DNA of 63,329 nucleotides, filler included, from Nitrospirae bacterium MYbin3 (GTDB lineage Bacteria > Nitrospirota > Thermodesulfovibrionia > Thermodesulfovibrionales > Dissulfurispiraceae): NCBI GenBank assembly GCA_002753335.1. It is 15 parts of 15 records of this genome, joined end to end, with 100 filler letters (N's around TTAATTAATTAA, not from the genome) between each part and the next. Parts side by side here need not be neighbours in the genome. Positions count along the whole stretch, not along the records: positions 14,542 to 21,172 come from PEAD01000052.1; positions 21,273 to 27,523 come from PEAD01000053.1; positions 27,624 to 32,100 come from PEAD01000054.1; 12 more parts are not named here. The stretch is one strand, 5' to 3'. Within the stretch, counting starts at the first letter, position 1; every line of letters begins with the position of its first letter. Positions 20,123 through 29,605 of the stretch are shown piece after piece. The position numbers and the translations under genes were made by a program. The notes beneath the pieces were generated by a model. It was given only the letters and a program-made list of their open reading frames with translations. It had not been told where the DNA came from and did no database searches.

Positions 20123-20719
20123 ATGGAAAAAGATAAGGAAAATAACCCTAAATCCTTCTTTTCGGCAAAGACCGAGACCGCAACAGCGCGTGAGATAAAA
20201 GAGCTGACGCATGATGTGCGGGAACTGAGGGACCGGAAATATTCTGTCGAGAATGAAAGCAAGAATCTCAGCGGCCAGCTCGAGAAGCTGAAGGCCGAGA
20301 TTGCGGGCGCGGATGTGGTTATCTCGGCCCTGAAAAATGACATACGTATTTCACGTGCCAGGATAGAGGGGTATCCTGAACTTCTAGCAGAACTTGAGTC
20401 CAAGAAGGATGCGCTTATCAGCGAGATTAACCGCTGCCAGTCGGGCATAAAGACCACGACAAAAAACATAAAAAACTTTCTGACGATGAGAGGCCACCTT
20501 GAGAGGGAGTTGATGAATATCATCAACGAGAAGGCGATCGTGATAAAGAAGCTGCGGGACATGGAAAACGGGGTCCGCATGGTCGCAAACAAGAAGTCCG
20601 AGAAGATGCCGCACCTGAAGGAGTACGATATGTTTCTCCAGCAGCTGTCAAAGGTCTTCAGAGAAGTCGAGAACCGCATGGATGTGTCCATAAAGTTTTC
20701 GACAAAAAAGATGTCCTGA
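20123..20719 (+). CDS. mad26: Coiled-coil protein, probable Mad26
   Basis: Coiled coil ending ...EVENRMDVSIKF; last of the mad23-26 block by position. Confidence 0.58.
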   Translation: MEKDKENNPKSFFSAKTETATAREIKELTHDVRELRDRKYSVENESKNLSGQLEKLKAEIAGADVVISALKNDIRISRARIEGYPELLAELESKKDALISEINRCQSGIKTTTKNIKNFLTMRGHLERELMNIINEKAIVIKKLRDMENGVRMVANKKSEKMPHLKEYDMFLQQLSKVFREVENRMDVSIKFSTKKMS

Positions 20720-20746
20720 AATTTTCGAATAAAGAGAGATTAGATT

Positions 20747-21148
20747 ATGCAATTAGGAGAGATGGAAGCGGTCAGCAATTTCTGCGCAAGGGTTTCGGCG
20801 GTGCTGTTTATTATTGCGAACGCGTATTACCCTGCGCGCGTGATTGCCAGAAAGTTCACCACATGGACAAGTGAGACAACGCTTTTTTTCAGACGCTACA
20901 TGAAAGCCCATATAACGCTTAACCTTATCGCGTTTCTCGCCTTGATTGTGCATGCGCACTGGGCAGAAGAGCGGAATTTCATCCTTACTTCCAGCGCTAT
21001 AGTAACTGTTATCCTGACCATCGAGGGAGTCCTTATGCACTTTCGTGTAATGCCGGATTCTCGTAAACATCTGCGCCTGCTTCATACTCAGCAGGCGCTT
21101 GTAATATTATGGATTGTGTTGATCGTGGCCGGACACCATATGGTATAA
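20747..21148 (+). CDS. Four-TM His-rich membrane protein, cytochrome b / ferric-reductase-TM-like
   Basis: Four hydrophobic helices; H55-x13-H69 in TM2, and H113 and H130/H131 flanking TM4. Confidence 0.55.
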   Translation: MQLGEMEAVSNFCARVSAVLFIIANAYYPARVIARKFTTWTSETTLFFRRYMKAHITLNLIAFLALIVHAHWAEERNFILTSSAIVTVILTIEGVLMHFRVMPDSRKHLRLLHTQQALVILWIVLIVAGHHMV

Positions 21149-21272
21149 AAACTTTTAACCACAGAGCACTCANNNNNNNNNNNNNNNNNNNNNNNNNNNN
21201 NNNNNNNNNNNNNNNNTTAATTAATTAANNNNNNNNNNNNNNNNNNNNNNNNNNNNNNNNNNNNNNNNNNNN

Positions 21273-21649
21273 AAGCTGGAGGAGTTCATCCCAAGTTAAT
21301 AGATTTTACTGAAGAGATACGAAGCTTTGAAGATACTGCTGGATTGATAAGCAGCCTTGACCTGATAGTGGCTGTGGATACGGCGGTGGGGCATCTGGGA
21401 GGGGCGATGGGAAAAGAGGTCTGGATGATGCTGCCGTATGTGCCTGACTGGAGATGGCTGATAGATAGAGATGACAGTCCTTGGTACCCTTCTATGCATC
21501 TATTCAGACAAACAGAGCCTTCTGACTGGAATGCGGTCATCGATAAAATCAGAGAGGCAATACGACTAAAAAGATATTTTTTTTTCTGTCACCGTAAAAT
21601 ACTATGCAGCTTCCTTAAAAAATACATCGCGCGCTTAGTTGTGGTATGA
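21273..21649 (+). CDS. C-terminus of a TPR-associated glycosyltransferase-like (GT9-like) protein (5'-truncated)
   Basis: LDLIVAVDTAVGHLGGAMGK...PDWRW...DSPWYPSMHLFRQ motif. Confidence 0.8.
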
Positions 21650-22611
21650 AAATTAAGCAAATGCTCACGGCCCGCCTCTACAATTTCATCCGATTGAATC
21701 TTTTCTTCAAGCACAGAATCTACAGCCATACGAAGCTCATCAACATTAAAAAATCTTAGTATGTGCTTGTTATCCTCAAAATCATTCGGAATAAAAAGCG
21801 GCATGCGCTGAGCAATATGAACAGCCCTGCATGCGGCATTTTCCCAGTACCTGAATGTATCAAATCCCAACCCAGGCAAATTAAGAACAATCCTGCATCG
21901 CTGCATATTTCTGTAGTAGTTGTTCCTGTCCAATCTGCCCTGAGGATTAGGGTTGTCATCAGAAGGAACAACGGTGGTTTTTAAAAGGCTGTCAGGATAA
22001 AACTCTGATATGGCTTCAATAATTTTTTTCCTACCTTCAGAATACTCGTTAAAGCTGCCTAAGAAACCTACAGAATAGAGTTTTTCCTCACTATCATAGG
22101 CGCTAATCCAATCGAATATCTCATCCGGCAGCGCCATAGGCAAAGGTATTGAGTTGTCCGTATTATCAGTTTCTCGCCTGCATACAATATATGGTCCGGC
22201 CGGAATGTCAATCGGTCCATCCCCTCCATCTAAGATAACAAGCCCTTTAGGCACAGGCAGCCCCTCATCCCGGAAAAAAGGAATAACATTCACATCGCCC
22301 TTAATATTAATCAGGAATTTTTCGGAAAGCTCCGTCCACTCACTCCATGTTAATCGAGAATCGCAAATTATGTATTTAAAAAAACCTTTCCTGACCTTTT
22401 CGGCAATATCTTCCCTATCAATAGAATCATCAGGAGGAAACCAGTTGAGATGAATTTCATTTTCAGCAGATATACCCACTAGTTCACCTGCATACAAGCT
22501 ATCCTTGCGTGGATAATCAACAACGCGAGAGCCGATCAGCTTTCTAAGCCCATGAAGCAGCAGGTCCGGTACATAGTTGGGGTAATGATGTGTAAGAAAA
22601 AGAATATTCAT
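21589..22611 (-). CDS. Glycosyltransferase (GT1-like C-terminal domain)
   Basis: PDLLLHGLRKL at the N-terminus; IVLNLPGLGFDTFRYWE in the C-terminal domain. Confidence 0.7.
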   Translation of the reverse strand: MNILFLTHHYPNYVPDLLLHGLRKLIGSRVVDYPRKDSLYAGELVGISAENEIHLNWFPPDDSIDREDIAEKVRKGFFKYIICDSRLTWSEWTELSEKFLINIKGDVNVIPFFRDEGLPVPKGLVILDGGDGPIDIPAGPYIVCRRETDNTDNSIPLPMALPDEIFDWISAYDSEEKLYSVGFLGSFNEYSEGRKKIIEAISEFYPDSLLKTTVVPSDDNPNPQGRLDRNNYYRNMQRCRIVLNLPGLGFDTFRYWENAACRAVHIAQRMPLFIPNDFEDNKHILRFFNVDELRMAVDSVLEEKIQSDEIVEAGREHLLNFHTTTKRAMYFLRKLHSILR

Positions 22612-23351
22612 TCAGACTTCGAGGCAAAAATACTGTACCATTTCTTAATAAATCTATTCCTATTTTCAAGCAGCGCTTCATCTCTGGTGATATCTCTGCC
22701 AAAGTAAGATATAGGCACCTCGGAACCTTTAGAAACCCCCCAGTGATGCTCAAAGCCAACAACAGGAACAGCATAACATGCAAGTCCTGCCTGCATTATC
22801 TGAATCCCCATATCCCATTCTTCAAAGAAGCATGGACTGAAGCGTATGTCAAACATAAGCTTCTGCCTTAAAAACCTTTCAGCATGTATTGTGAACAGAA
22901 ATCCGGACACATCGTTTGTCCTGACCGGTTCACTAAAATTGCCTTTTTCAAAATACTTCGCGACACTGAGCGTTGAAAAATCGATATAAGAACCCTGCGG
23001 CCCAACTATCACAGCATTCTCAAGACTGAACAGATAAGACTCAAGCTCATCAAATAAAGATGCCTCTACATGAAGGTCTGCATTAAGTATGGATATCGTA
23101 CTGCCTTCAGCAAGGTTTATGCCCATATTCCAAGATCTGCTTACTCCAGCATTCAGCTTGTTGTAGCAATACTTGTCTATTCTTGGATGGCTTTTAAGCT
23201 CATCATACACCTCTTTGGTGTTGAAGATGCAGATCACCTCTCCTTCCACAGCATCAAGATCATTAAGCAATGTCCTAATATTGAACTCGCTGTGAGGAGA
23301 AAAATCCAAAACAGGTATTACTAGACTTCTTTTGATTTGTTCCTGAACCAA
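22608..23351 (-). CDS. Glycosyltransferase family 2-like protein
   Basis: SLVIPV...NAGVSRSWNMG...LNAD...FEEWD. Confidence 0.75.
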   Translation of the reverse strand: MVQEQIKRSLVIPVLDFSPHSEFNIRTLLNDLDAVEGEVICIFNTKEVYDELKSHPRIDKYCYNKLNAGVSRSWNMGINLAEGSTISILNADLHVEASLFDELESYLFSLENAVIVGPQGSYIDFSTLSVAKYFEKGNFSEPVRTNDVSGFLFTIHAERFLRQKLMFDIRFSPCFFEEWDMGIQIMQAGLACYAVPVVGFEHHWGVSKGSEVPISYFGRDITRDEALLENRNRFIKKWYSIFASKSE

Positions 23352-23424
23352 GTAAACCCCATATATAAAATTATTTTCTTCTTAATATCATATCGCGCTT
23401 TAAGCAAGACTCTTTACTATTACT

Positions 23425-24408
23425 TTATGAGGCTTCCACCCTATTGCGGCCTGCTGATTTGGCCTTGTAAAGCGCCCTGTCAGCGGCAGCGATAATAGAC
23501 TCCGGAATATTATCCGTAAGAGGTTCAGCGTAAGCAACTCCCAAGCTGATGGTAACATTGGGACTTACACTCGACCCCTCATGCACAATGCCTATTGATT
23601 CCACCGCCTGCCTCATCTCTTCAGCAACTTTCAGGGCACCCGCAGCTTCCGTAGAGGGCAGGACAACCACAAATTCCTCTCCGCCGTATCTTGCTATAAA
23701 GTCGCCCGGCCTCTTAACAAGACCTTTAAGAACAGAGGCCACAAGCTTCAGGCAGTCGTCACCCGCAAGATGGCCGTATCTGTCGTTATACGCCTTAAAA
23801 TAATCCACATCTATCATAATAAGAGAAATATTTGAAGATTCTCTGACCGCCCTCTTCCATTCAATGTCAAAATGTTCGTCAAAAAAACGGCGGTTCTGAA
23901 GCCCTGTTAGTCCATCCTCCGAAGAAATCCTCATCAATATGCGGTTTACATCCTCAAGCTGTCGAGAAACCTCCATAAGCTCGTGCTCTCTTTCTTTTCG
24001 TTTGTCCATCTCAAGCTTAAGCCTTATAACAGAACGAATCCTGGAGATAAGCTCAAATTTATTTATCGGCTTCATAATATAATCAACAGCGCCCAAGGCA
24101 AAGGCTGTCTGTAATTTGTCCATATCATGACTCGCCGTAATCATGATCACAGGGATTTCCTCAAATGCGCTATGCATCTTAATCCGCCTTGCAGCCTCTA
24201 TCCCGTCTATCCCCGGCATATTAACATCCGCAATTATCATGTCCATCTTAGAGTCCGGCTCACATTCATCCTTAAGCCCCAAAATGCAGAACGCCTCTTC
24301 TGCTGAAGATGCAGTCAGGATATTCTTGTAACCCGCATCCTCCAGTATTTTTCTCAGCAATAAAAGAGAATCTTTTTCATCATCAATAACTAGTATATGC
24401 ATTTTCAC
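23425..24408 (-). CDS. Response regulator diguanylate cyclase (REC-GGDEF)
   Basis: ILVIDD...DVNMP...KP receiver domain; DYFKAYND and RPGD...ARYGGEEF (intact A-site and I-site). Confidence 0.95.
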   Translation of the reverse strand: MKMHILVIDDEKDSLLLLRKILEDAGYKNILTASSAEEAFCILGLKDECEPDSKMDMIIADVNMPGIDGIEAARRIKMHSAFEEIPVIMITASHDMDKLQTAFALGAVDYIMKPINKFELISRIRSVIRLKLEMDKRKEREHELMEVSRQLEDVNRILMRISSEDGLTGLQNRRFFDEHFDIEWKRAVRESSNISLIMIDVDYFKAYNDRYGHLAGDDCLKLVASVLKGLVKRPGDFIARYGGEEFVVVLPSTEAAGALKVAEEMRQAVESIGIVHEGSSVSPNVTISLGVAYAEPLTDNIPESIIAAADRALYKAKSAGRNRVEAS

Positions 24409-24454
24409 TTTAGATTATATTAAGAGAACCACACCAGAAAAAAATAGTAAGCAG

Positions 24455-24490
24455 AAAAAATAAAGCCTTCTCCAATTAAGGAGAAGGCTT
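24455..24490 (-). terminator. Intrinsic terminator downstream of ndk
   Basis: AAGCCTTCTCC-6 nt-GGAGAAGGCTT hairpin followed by TATTTTTT on the minus strand. Confidence 0.75.
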
Positions 24491-24508
24491 AAGGATTGAA
24501 TCTCGGGA

Positions 24509-25243
24509 TTAATCAGTATGGCTGTTTATCAGATATTTGGCCGCAACAGATTCAACTGTGCATGAAGCTGCAGCGCCCTCGAACAATAAACGCAGGGCAT
24601 CCATATCCGACTTCCAGACAACATCTCCCGGGGCCACTATACAGATACTGTCCTTTTCGTATTCTTTGTAAAGCTTCCCAGGTTTGAAATAATAATGCTC
24701 GCTACTAACTTCTGTCGGATATATACGCATAAGAGGAGGTATGTCTCCCGGCACAAACCAGAGTTTTATCTCCCGTTCAGCATCTTCCTTATTGGCCGAC
24801 GCATGTATAAGGTTGTCTATCCTATCCCCAATCGGGTTGCCCGCCGCATCTTTAAGCGGCACAATCGTACCGAGAGAGCGAATGCATCCGGGCCTCTTCT
24901 CCCTCGCAACATGAGGATTTGTAGGGCCGGATATATCCCGTATCTTCTGCACCGCATCCTCTCCCTGATACACAAGCGCGATCGTCCTGCGCTTCCAGGG
25001 TTCGTCCGGATAATGGCTTATGCCGATGATATACTCGATAAGAGGTGCATAAAAAGGCTTCCCTCTGTGCTCAGCGTAATGCTCTTCCGCAAGCATCCTG
25101 TTAACATTTACAATCTTAGCTCCGGCAAATCGCAAGCCGGTATGAAACTCCGAAAGCTGAGAAAGCACGTAACCTGTCAACGAATTATTCATAGCATCAG
25201 GTTTTATAAGCACCAGCGACTGTTCAAGCAATTTTTTGTCCAT
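24509..25243 (-). CDS. ndk: Nucleoside diphosphate kinase with C-terminal extension
   Basis: SLVLIKPDA, HYAEH.GKPFY, GPTNP, PGCIR and NLIHAS...AEREIKLWF. Confidence 0.9.
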   Translation of the reverse strand: MDKKLLEQSLVLIKPDAMNNSLTGYVLSQLSEFHTGLRFAGAKIVNVNRMLAEEHYAEHRGKPFYAPLIEYIIGISHYPDEPWKRRTIALVYQGEDAVQKIRDISGPTNPHVAREKRPGCIRSLGTIVPLKDAAGNPIGDRIDNLIHASANKEDAEREIKLWFVPGDIPPLMRIYPTEVSSEHYYFKPGKLYKEYEKDSICIVAPGDVVWKSDMDALRLLFEGAAASCTVESVAAKYLINSHTD

Positions 25244-25257
25244 TAAAAAATCTCCTA

Positions 25258-26181
25258 TTATTTTAGTTTTTCAACAAGCATCTTCACAGCAACTACAGAC
25301 TTATCCAAATCCTTCTCCTCTTCAGCATTAAGCTTCAACTCCACTATCCTTTCTATGCCTGACTCTCCAAGAACAACAGGAACCCCTGTGTAATATCCGG
25401 TAACGCCATACTCACCATTAAGATAGGCCGCGCATGGAAGCAATCTCTTTTCGTCCAGTATCACAGACTTAACCATCTGGAAAGTGGCAGCAGCAGGTGC
25501 ATAGTATGCGCTGCCGCTTTTCAGCAGTGATACGATTTCTGCGCCTCCATGCCTTGTCCTCTGTACCAGAGCATCTATCCTTTCTGCACTGAAAAGTTCG
25601 GTTATCGATACGCCTTTAACCGTTGTAAATCTCGGCATCGGAACCATCAAGTCACCGTGTCCTCCAAGAACCAAAGCCTCGACATCCTCAGGAGAAACAC
25701 CGGCTTCCCATGCAACAAATGTCCTGAATCTTGCTGAATCGAGTATTCCTCCCATCCCCATAACGCGCTCCGGACGGAAACCCGACACATCCATGCTGAC
25801 CTGCGCCATGACATCCATAGGATTAGTAACCGCGATTATTATAGAATCCGGCGAGAGCTTAGAAGTCCCGGCCACAACATCAGACACAACCTTTGCATTC
25901 GCAAAAAGAAGATCATCCCTGCTCATACCCGGCTTCCTAGGAAAGCCAGCAGTAACAACGATTATGTCGGAACCGGTTGTATCAGCAAAATCATTGGTTC
26001 CCAAAACCGACGATGAAGACTGCCACACAGGACAGGCTTCTGCAAGATCCAAAGCCTTCCCCTGAGGAATCCCCTCTGCTATATCGAACAAAACAACATC
26101 CGCTATTCCTGAATGTACAATCAACTGCGCGAGCGAGGCACCTACATTTCCTGCTCCAATTACAGAAACCTTCTTTTTCAT
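25258..26181 (-). CDS. mdh: Malate dehydrogenase (LDH-like)
   Basis: IGAGNVG, TAGFPRKPGMSRDDL and LGGHGD; the start at 26181 is supported by an RBS. Confidence 0.95.
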   Translation of the reverse strand: MKKKVSVIGAGNVGASLAQLIVHSGIADVVLFDIAEGIPQGKALDLAEACPVWQSSSSVLGTNDFADTTGSDIIVVTAGFPRKPGMSRDDLLFANAKVVSDVVAGTSKLSPDSIIIAVTNPMDVMAQVSMDVSGFRPERVMGMGGILDSARFRTFVAWEAGVSPEDVEALVLGGHGDLMVPMPRFTTVKGVSITELFSAERIDALVQRTRHGGAEIVSLLKSGSAYYAPAAATFQMVKSVILDEKRLLPCAAYLNGEYGVTGYYTGVPVVLGESGIERIVELKLNAEEEKDLDKSVVAVKMLVEKLK

Positions 26182-26207
26182 CCTGCCCTCCCCTGTTTTA
26201 ATTTCGG

Positions 26208-26438
26208 TCAGCATAAGCTAAACGGCGGCTCAATCTTAATGCTGGCAGCACCGTCTATCAACTCTTTTGAGTACATGCATCGGTGAGACTTAAGGTACAT
26301 CTCAAACTTCTTCAAATCTCCTGATTCACAATCCAGCATAACCTGTATGTCGTCATAAACCGTACATACGCCGTCAAAGGATTCAACAAATTTCTTAATA
26401 TGGTTCGGATTTCCCAACCCTCTCGCATCGATTATCAA
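26208..26438 (-). CDS. Small TusA/SirA-like protein lacking the canonical CPxP cysteine
   Basis: IIDARGLGNP resembles TusA LDxRGLxCP; 76 aa; adjacent to mdh on the same strand. Confidence 0.45.
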   Translation of the reverse strand: MIIDARGLGNPNHIKKFVESFDGVCTVYDDIQVMLDCESGDLKKFEMYLKSHRCMYSKELIDGAASIKIEPPFSLC

Positions 26439-26577
26439 CTCAAACCCTCTTCTATAAATTTATTCAAATACTTGATATTTTCGACAAGGATATCTATGTC
26501 TGTCAAGTGGCAAGATTGTAAAATATTTCTGCAATGCAATAAACTAAAAAAATATATATTACCGCTGGAGGTATTTT

Positions 26578-27420
26578 ATGGCAACGGTATTCATGTTCCC
26601 TGGACAGGGTTCGCAATCCCCCGGCATGGGAGCTAATCTATTTGAACGATATCCTGAACTGGTCGCTGAAGCTGATTCAATTCTAGGTTACTCGGTTAAG
26701 GAACTCTGTCTGACAAATCCTGACAATAAGCTCAACAGTACGGACTACACACAGCCGGCACTATACATAGTCAATGTCTTGAGCTTCATTGCTAAGGTGG
26801 AAGACGAAAAGGTTAGTCCGGATTTTGTAATCGGGCATAGCTTGGGAGAATATAATGCCCTTTATGCTGCCGGCGCCTTTGATTTTGCTGCAGGACTTAA
26901 GCTTGTCCAAAAACGCGGCGCCCTGATGAGCGCTGCTACTGGCGGAGGCATGGCCGCCATTCTGGGAATGGACGGTGATGCCGTTGCCTCGGCCCTTACC
27001 GAACTCGGTGTGCACAGTATCGATGTTGCCAATTTCAATTCTCCCGGCCAGACGGTTATCTCCGGTCCCAAGTCTGATATTGAGACATTCGCACCGCAGT
27101 TGAAGGAAAAGGGAGCCAAGCGGGCTGTTATTCTGCCGGTCAGCGGAGCTTTTCACAGTCGTTATATGAAACTGGCAGCGGAAGAGTTTGAGTCTTTTCT
27201 ATCAGGATTCAGCTTTGACAGCCTTAAAATTCCATGTATTGCCAATTGCAGTGCACAACCGTACAACAATAACTCGATCGCCTCGAATTTGGTTAAACAG
27301 ATTTACAGCAGTGTACGCTGGATCGACACGTTTAAATACCTGCGTGAACAGGGAGCAGACATCTTTGTAGAGGTCGGACCCGGCACTGTTCTGAGCGGTC
27401 TGGCACGCCAGATTAATTAA
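26578..27420 (+). CDS. fabD: Malonyl-CoA:ACP acyltransferase (FabD family; PksC/trans-AT-like)
   Basis: FPGQGSQ, TQPALY, GHSLGEY, SGAFHS and EVGPG motifs. Confidence 0.9.
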   Translation: MATVFMFPGQGSQSPGMGANLFERYPELVAEADSILGYSVKELCLTNPDNKLNSTDYTQPALYIVNVLSFIAKVEDEKVSPDFVIGHSLGEYNALYAAGAFDFAAGLKLVQKRGALMSAATGGGMAAILGMDGDAVASALTELGVHSIDVANFNSPGQTVISGPKSDIETFAPQLKEKGAKRAVILPVSGAFHSRYMKLAAEEFESFLSGFSFDSLKIPCIANCSAQPYNNNSIASNLVKQIYSSVRWIDTFKYLREQGADIFVEVGPGTVLSGLARQIN

Positions 27421-27624
27421 CAGAAGCGCGGCTCCCCGGAATTTTCTGGAATGCCGTATAATACAGAACACTTTCGCGGGGTTTTTCTGTTAAAATTAAG
27501 CGTTTTGATTATTTTTTCGGGATNNNNNNNNNNNNNNNNNNNNNNNNNNNNNNNNNNNNNNNNNNNNTTAATTAATTAANNNNNNNNNNNNNNNNNNNNN
27601 NNNNNNNNNNNNNNNNNNNNNNNT

Positions 27625-27798
27625 TTGTTTGTGCTGCCTGAGAAAGACGATAATTTTATCCTGTCGGTCGGCAACATCCCAGGTGCAAGCGTTATTAGGG
27701 TTGCGGATCTGAGTGCTTATGATGTTGCATCGCATGACCACCTTGTTATAACTGCTGATGCAATTGCTAAGCTGCAGGGTGGCGAGGAGACAGCATAA
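27625..27798 (+). CDS. rplD: 50S ribosomal protein L4 (C-terminal part)
   Basis: Manual translation ...LSVGNIPG...LSAYDV...LVITADAI; immediately precedes rplW. Confidence 0.9.
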   Translation: MFVLPEKDDNFILSVGNIPGASVIRVADLSAYDVASHDHLVITADAIAKLQGGEETA

Positions 27799-28085
27799 TG
27801 AATATTTATGAAGTAGTAAAGAAGCCGCTTTTTACAGAAAAGGGCATGGAGATTAAAGAGCGCGAAAACAAGATTCTTGTTGAGGTTAATCTTAATTCGA
27901 ACAAGCACGAAATAAAAAAAGCTGTTGAGGAGATATTTAAGGTGAAGGTTGATAAGGTGGCCACCATAATTCTGCCCGGAAAATTAAAGAGGCTCGGTAG
28001 ATCGGCAGGCAGAAGGCCTGACAAAAAGAAAGCGATAATAACTTTGAAGCAAGGCGAAAAACTTGATTTGGTAGAGGGTATATAA
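27798..28085 (+). CDS. rplW: 50S ribosomal protein L23
   Basis: KPLFTEK...KHEIKKAVEEIF; S10 operon order. Confidence 0.97.
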   Translation: MNIYEVVKKPLFTEKGMEIKERENKILVEVNLNSNKHEIKKAVEEIFKVKVDKVATIILPGKLKRLGRSAGRRPDKKKAIITLKQGEKLDLVEGI

Positions 28086-28904
28086 ATGGGCGTGAAAAAA
28101 TATAAACCGACTTCTCCTGGAAGAAGATTTCAGACGGCATCCGACTATAAGGATATAACCACCGATAAGCCGCACAAGCCTTTAACCGAGCGCAAGACAA
28201 AAACCGGAGGCCGTAATAATACCGGAAAGGTTACTGCTTGGCAGAAGGGCGGTGGAAATAAAGTCCTTTATAGGAAGATTGATTTTAAAAGAGACAAGCT
28301 CAATATTCCGGCAACCGTGAAAACGATAGAGTATGATCCTAACCGTTCGGCACGTATAGCGCTTTTAAAATATAATGATGGCGAATACAGATATATTTTA
28401 GCACCAGTAGGTCTTGTGGCGGGCGATAAAGTTATGTCCGGCATTGATGTTGAAATAAAACCTGGTAATGCTCTTTATATAAAAGACATACCGCTAGGCA
28501 CTATGATTCACAATATCGAACTAAATCCCGGCCAAGGCGCAAAGTTGGTCAGGAGCGCAGGAGTTGCAGCGCAGATAGTAGCAAAAGAGGGTGCTTATGC
28601 TCAGGTTAAGATGCCATCCGGTGAGGTAAGGCTTATAAGGATGAACTGCATGGCAACGATCGGCCAGGTAGGAAACATTGAGCATGAGAACATATCGTAC
28701 GGCAAGGCCGGAAGAACGAGATATAAAGGCGTAAGGCCTCATGTTAGAGGCGTTGCGATGAATCCGATAGACCATCCTCTTGGCGGTGGAGAGGGCAGGT
28801 CATCCGGCGGAAGGCCTCCGTGTTCACCTTGGGGCAAACCTGAGGGTGTCAAGACGAGAAGAAATAAAAGAACCAATAAATTTATAGTGAAGAGACGCAA
28901 GTAA
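28086..28904 (+). CDS. rplB: 50S ribosomal protein L2
   Basis: [12 protein letters not shown] and [17 protein letters not shown]. Confidence 0.99.
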   Translation: MGVKKYKPTSPGRRFQTASDYKDITTDKPHKPLTERKTKTGGRNNTGKVTAWQKGGGNKVLYRKIDFKRDKLNIPATVKTIEYDPNRSARIALLKYNDGEYRYILAPVGLVAGDKVMSGIDVEIKPGNALYIKDIPLGTMIHNIELNPGQGAKLVRSAGVAAQIVAKEGAYAQVKMPSGEVRLIRMNCMATIGQVGNIEHENISYGKAGRTRYKGVRPHVRGVAMNPIDHPLGGGEGRSSGGRPPCSPWGKPEGVKTRRNKRTNKFIVKRRK

Positions 28905-28915
28905 AGGAGGAGCAA

Positions 28916-29197
28916 GTGCCGAGATCTTTAAAAAAAGGCCCTTTTGTGGAGCCTAAGCTCCTAAAGAAGATTGGTGACATGGAAACATCGGGCGACAAGA
29001 AACTGCTCAAGACTTGGTCGAGGCGTTCGACAATAGTTCCTGAGTTCATAGGATTCACGTTTGCTGTGCATAACGGAAGGAAGTTTATTCCTGTTTATAT
29101 CACAGAAAACATGGTTGGGCATAAACTGGGCGAATTTGCACCCACAAGGACATTTAAGGGACATGCAAAGTCCGAAAAGACAACATCGGTAAGGTAA
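28916..29197 (+). CDS. rpsS: 30S ribosomal protein S19
   Basis: PRSLKKGPF...KTWSRRS...[11 protein letters not shown]. Confidence 0.99.
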   Translation: MPRSLKKGPFVEPKLLKKIGDMETSGDKKLLKTWSRRSTIVPEFIGFTFAVHNGRKFIPVYITENMVGHKLGEFAPTRTFKGHAKSEKTTSVR

Positions 29198-29208
29198 GGA
29201 TAAAAAAT

Positions 29209-29544
29209 ATGGAAGCAAAGGCAATACTTAAACACGCACGCATGACGCCGAGAAAGGCGAGAAGGGTAATTGATTTAATTCGTGGAAAGAGGGCTGCGGA
29301 TGCGCTTATATCGCTTCGCTTCATGCCATACAGGGCGGCAAAGAATATAGAAAAGCTGCTTAAATCCGCTATGGCAAATGCCGAGCAGAAAAATGCACAT
29401 GTTGATATAGACAAGCTTAAGGTAAAGGCTGCCCTTGTTGATCAAGGCCCTACAATGAAGAGGATGGAGCCGAGGGCAATGGGACGATCAAATGTTATCA
29501 AGAAAAGAAGCTGCCACATTACAATTATTCTTGCGGAGGAATAG
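29209..29544 (+). CDS. rplV: 50S ribosomal protein L22
   Basis: PRKARRVIDLIRG...PRAMGR. Confidence 0.98.
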   Translation: MEAKAILKHARMTPRKARRVIDLIRGKRAADALISLRFMPYRAAKNIEKLLKSAMANAEQKNAHVDIDKLKVKAALVDQGPTMKRMEPRAMGRSNVIKKRSCHITIILAEE

Positions 29545-29605
29545 CGGATGTTTATTGCGAGCTACAAATTTCAAATTTCAGATGTTTTAAGGTGGAGGTG
29601 CTGAG

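Noticed and set aside
19786..20691. 301-aa minus-strand ORF in the mad region
   Set aside because: A Ser/Phe-rich shadow of the + strand genes, which have RBSs and operon spacing.
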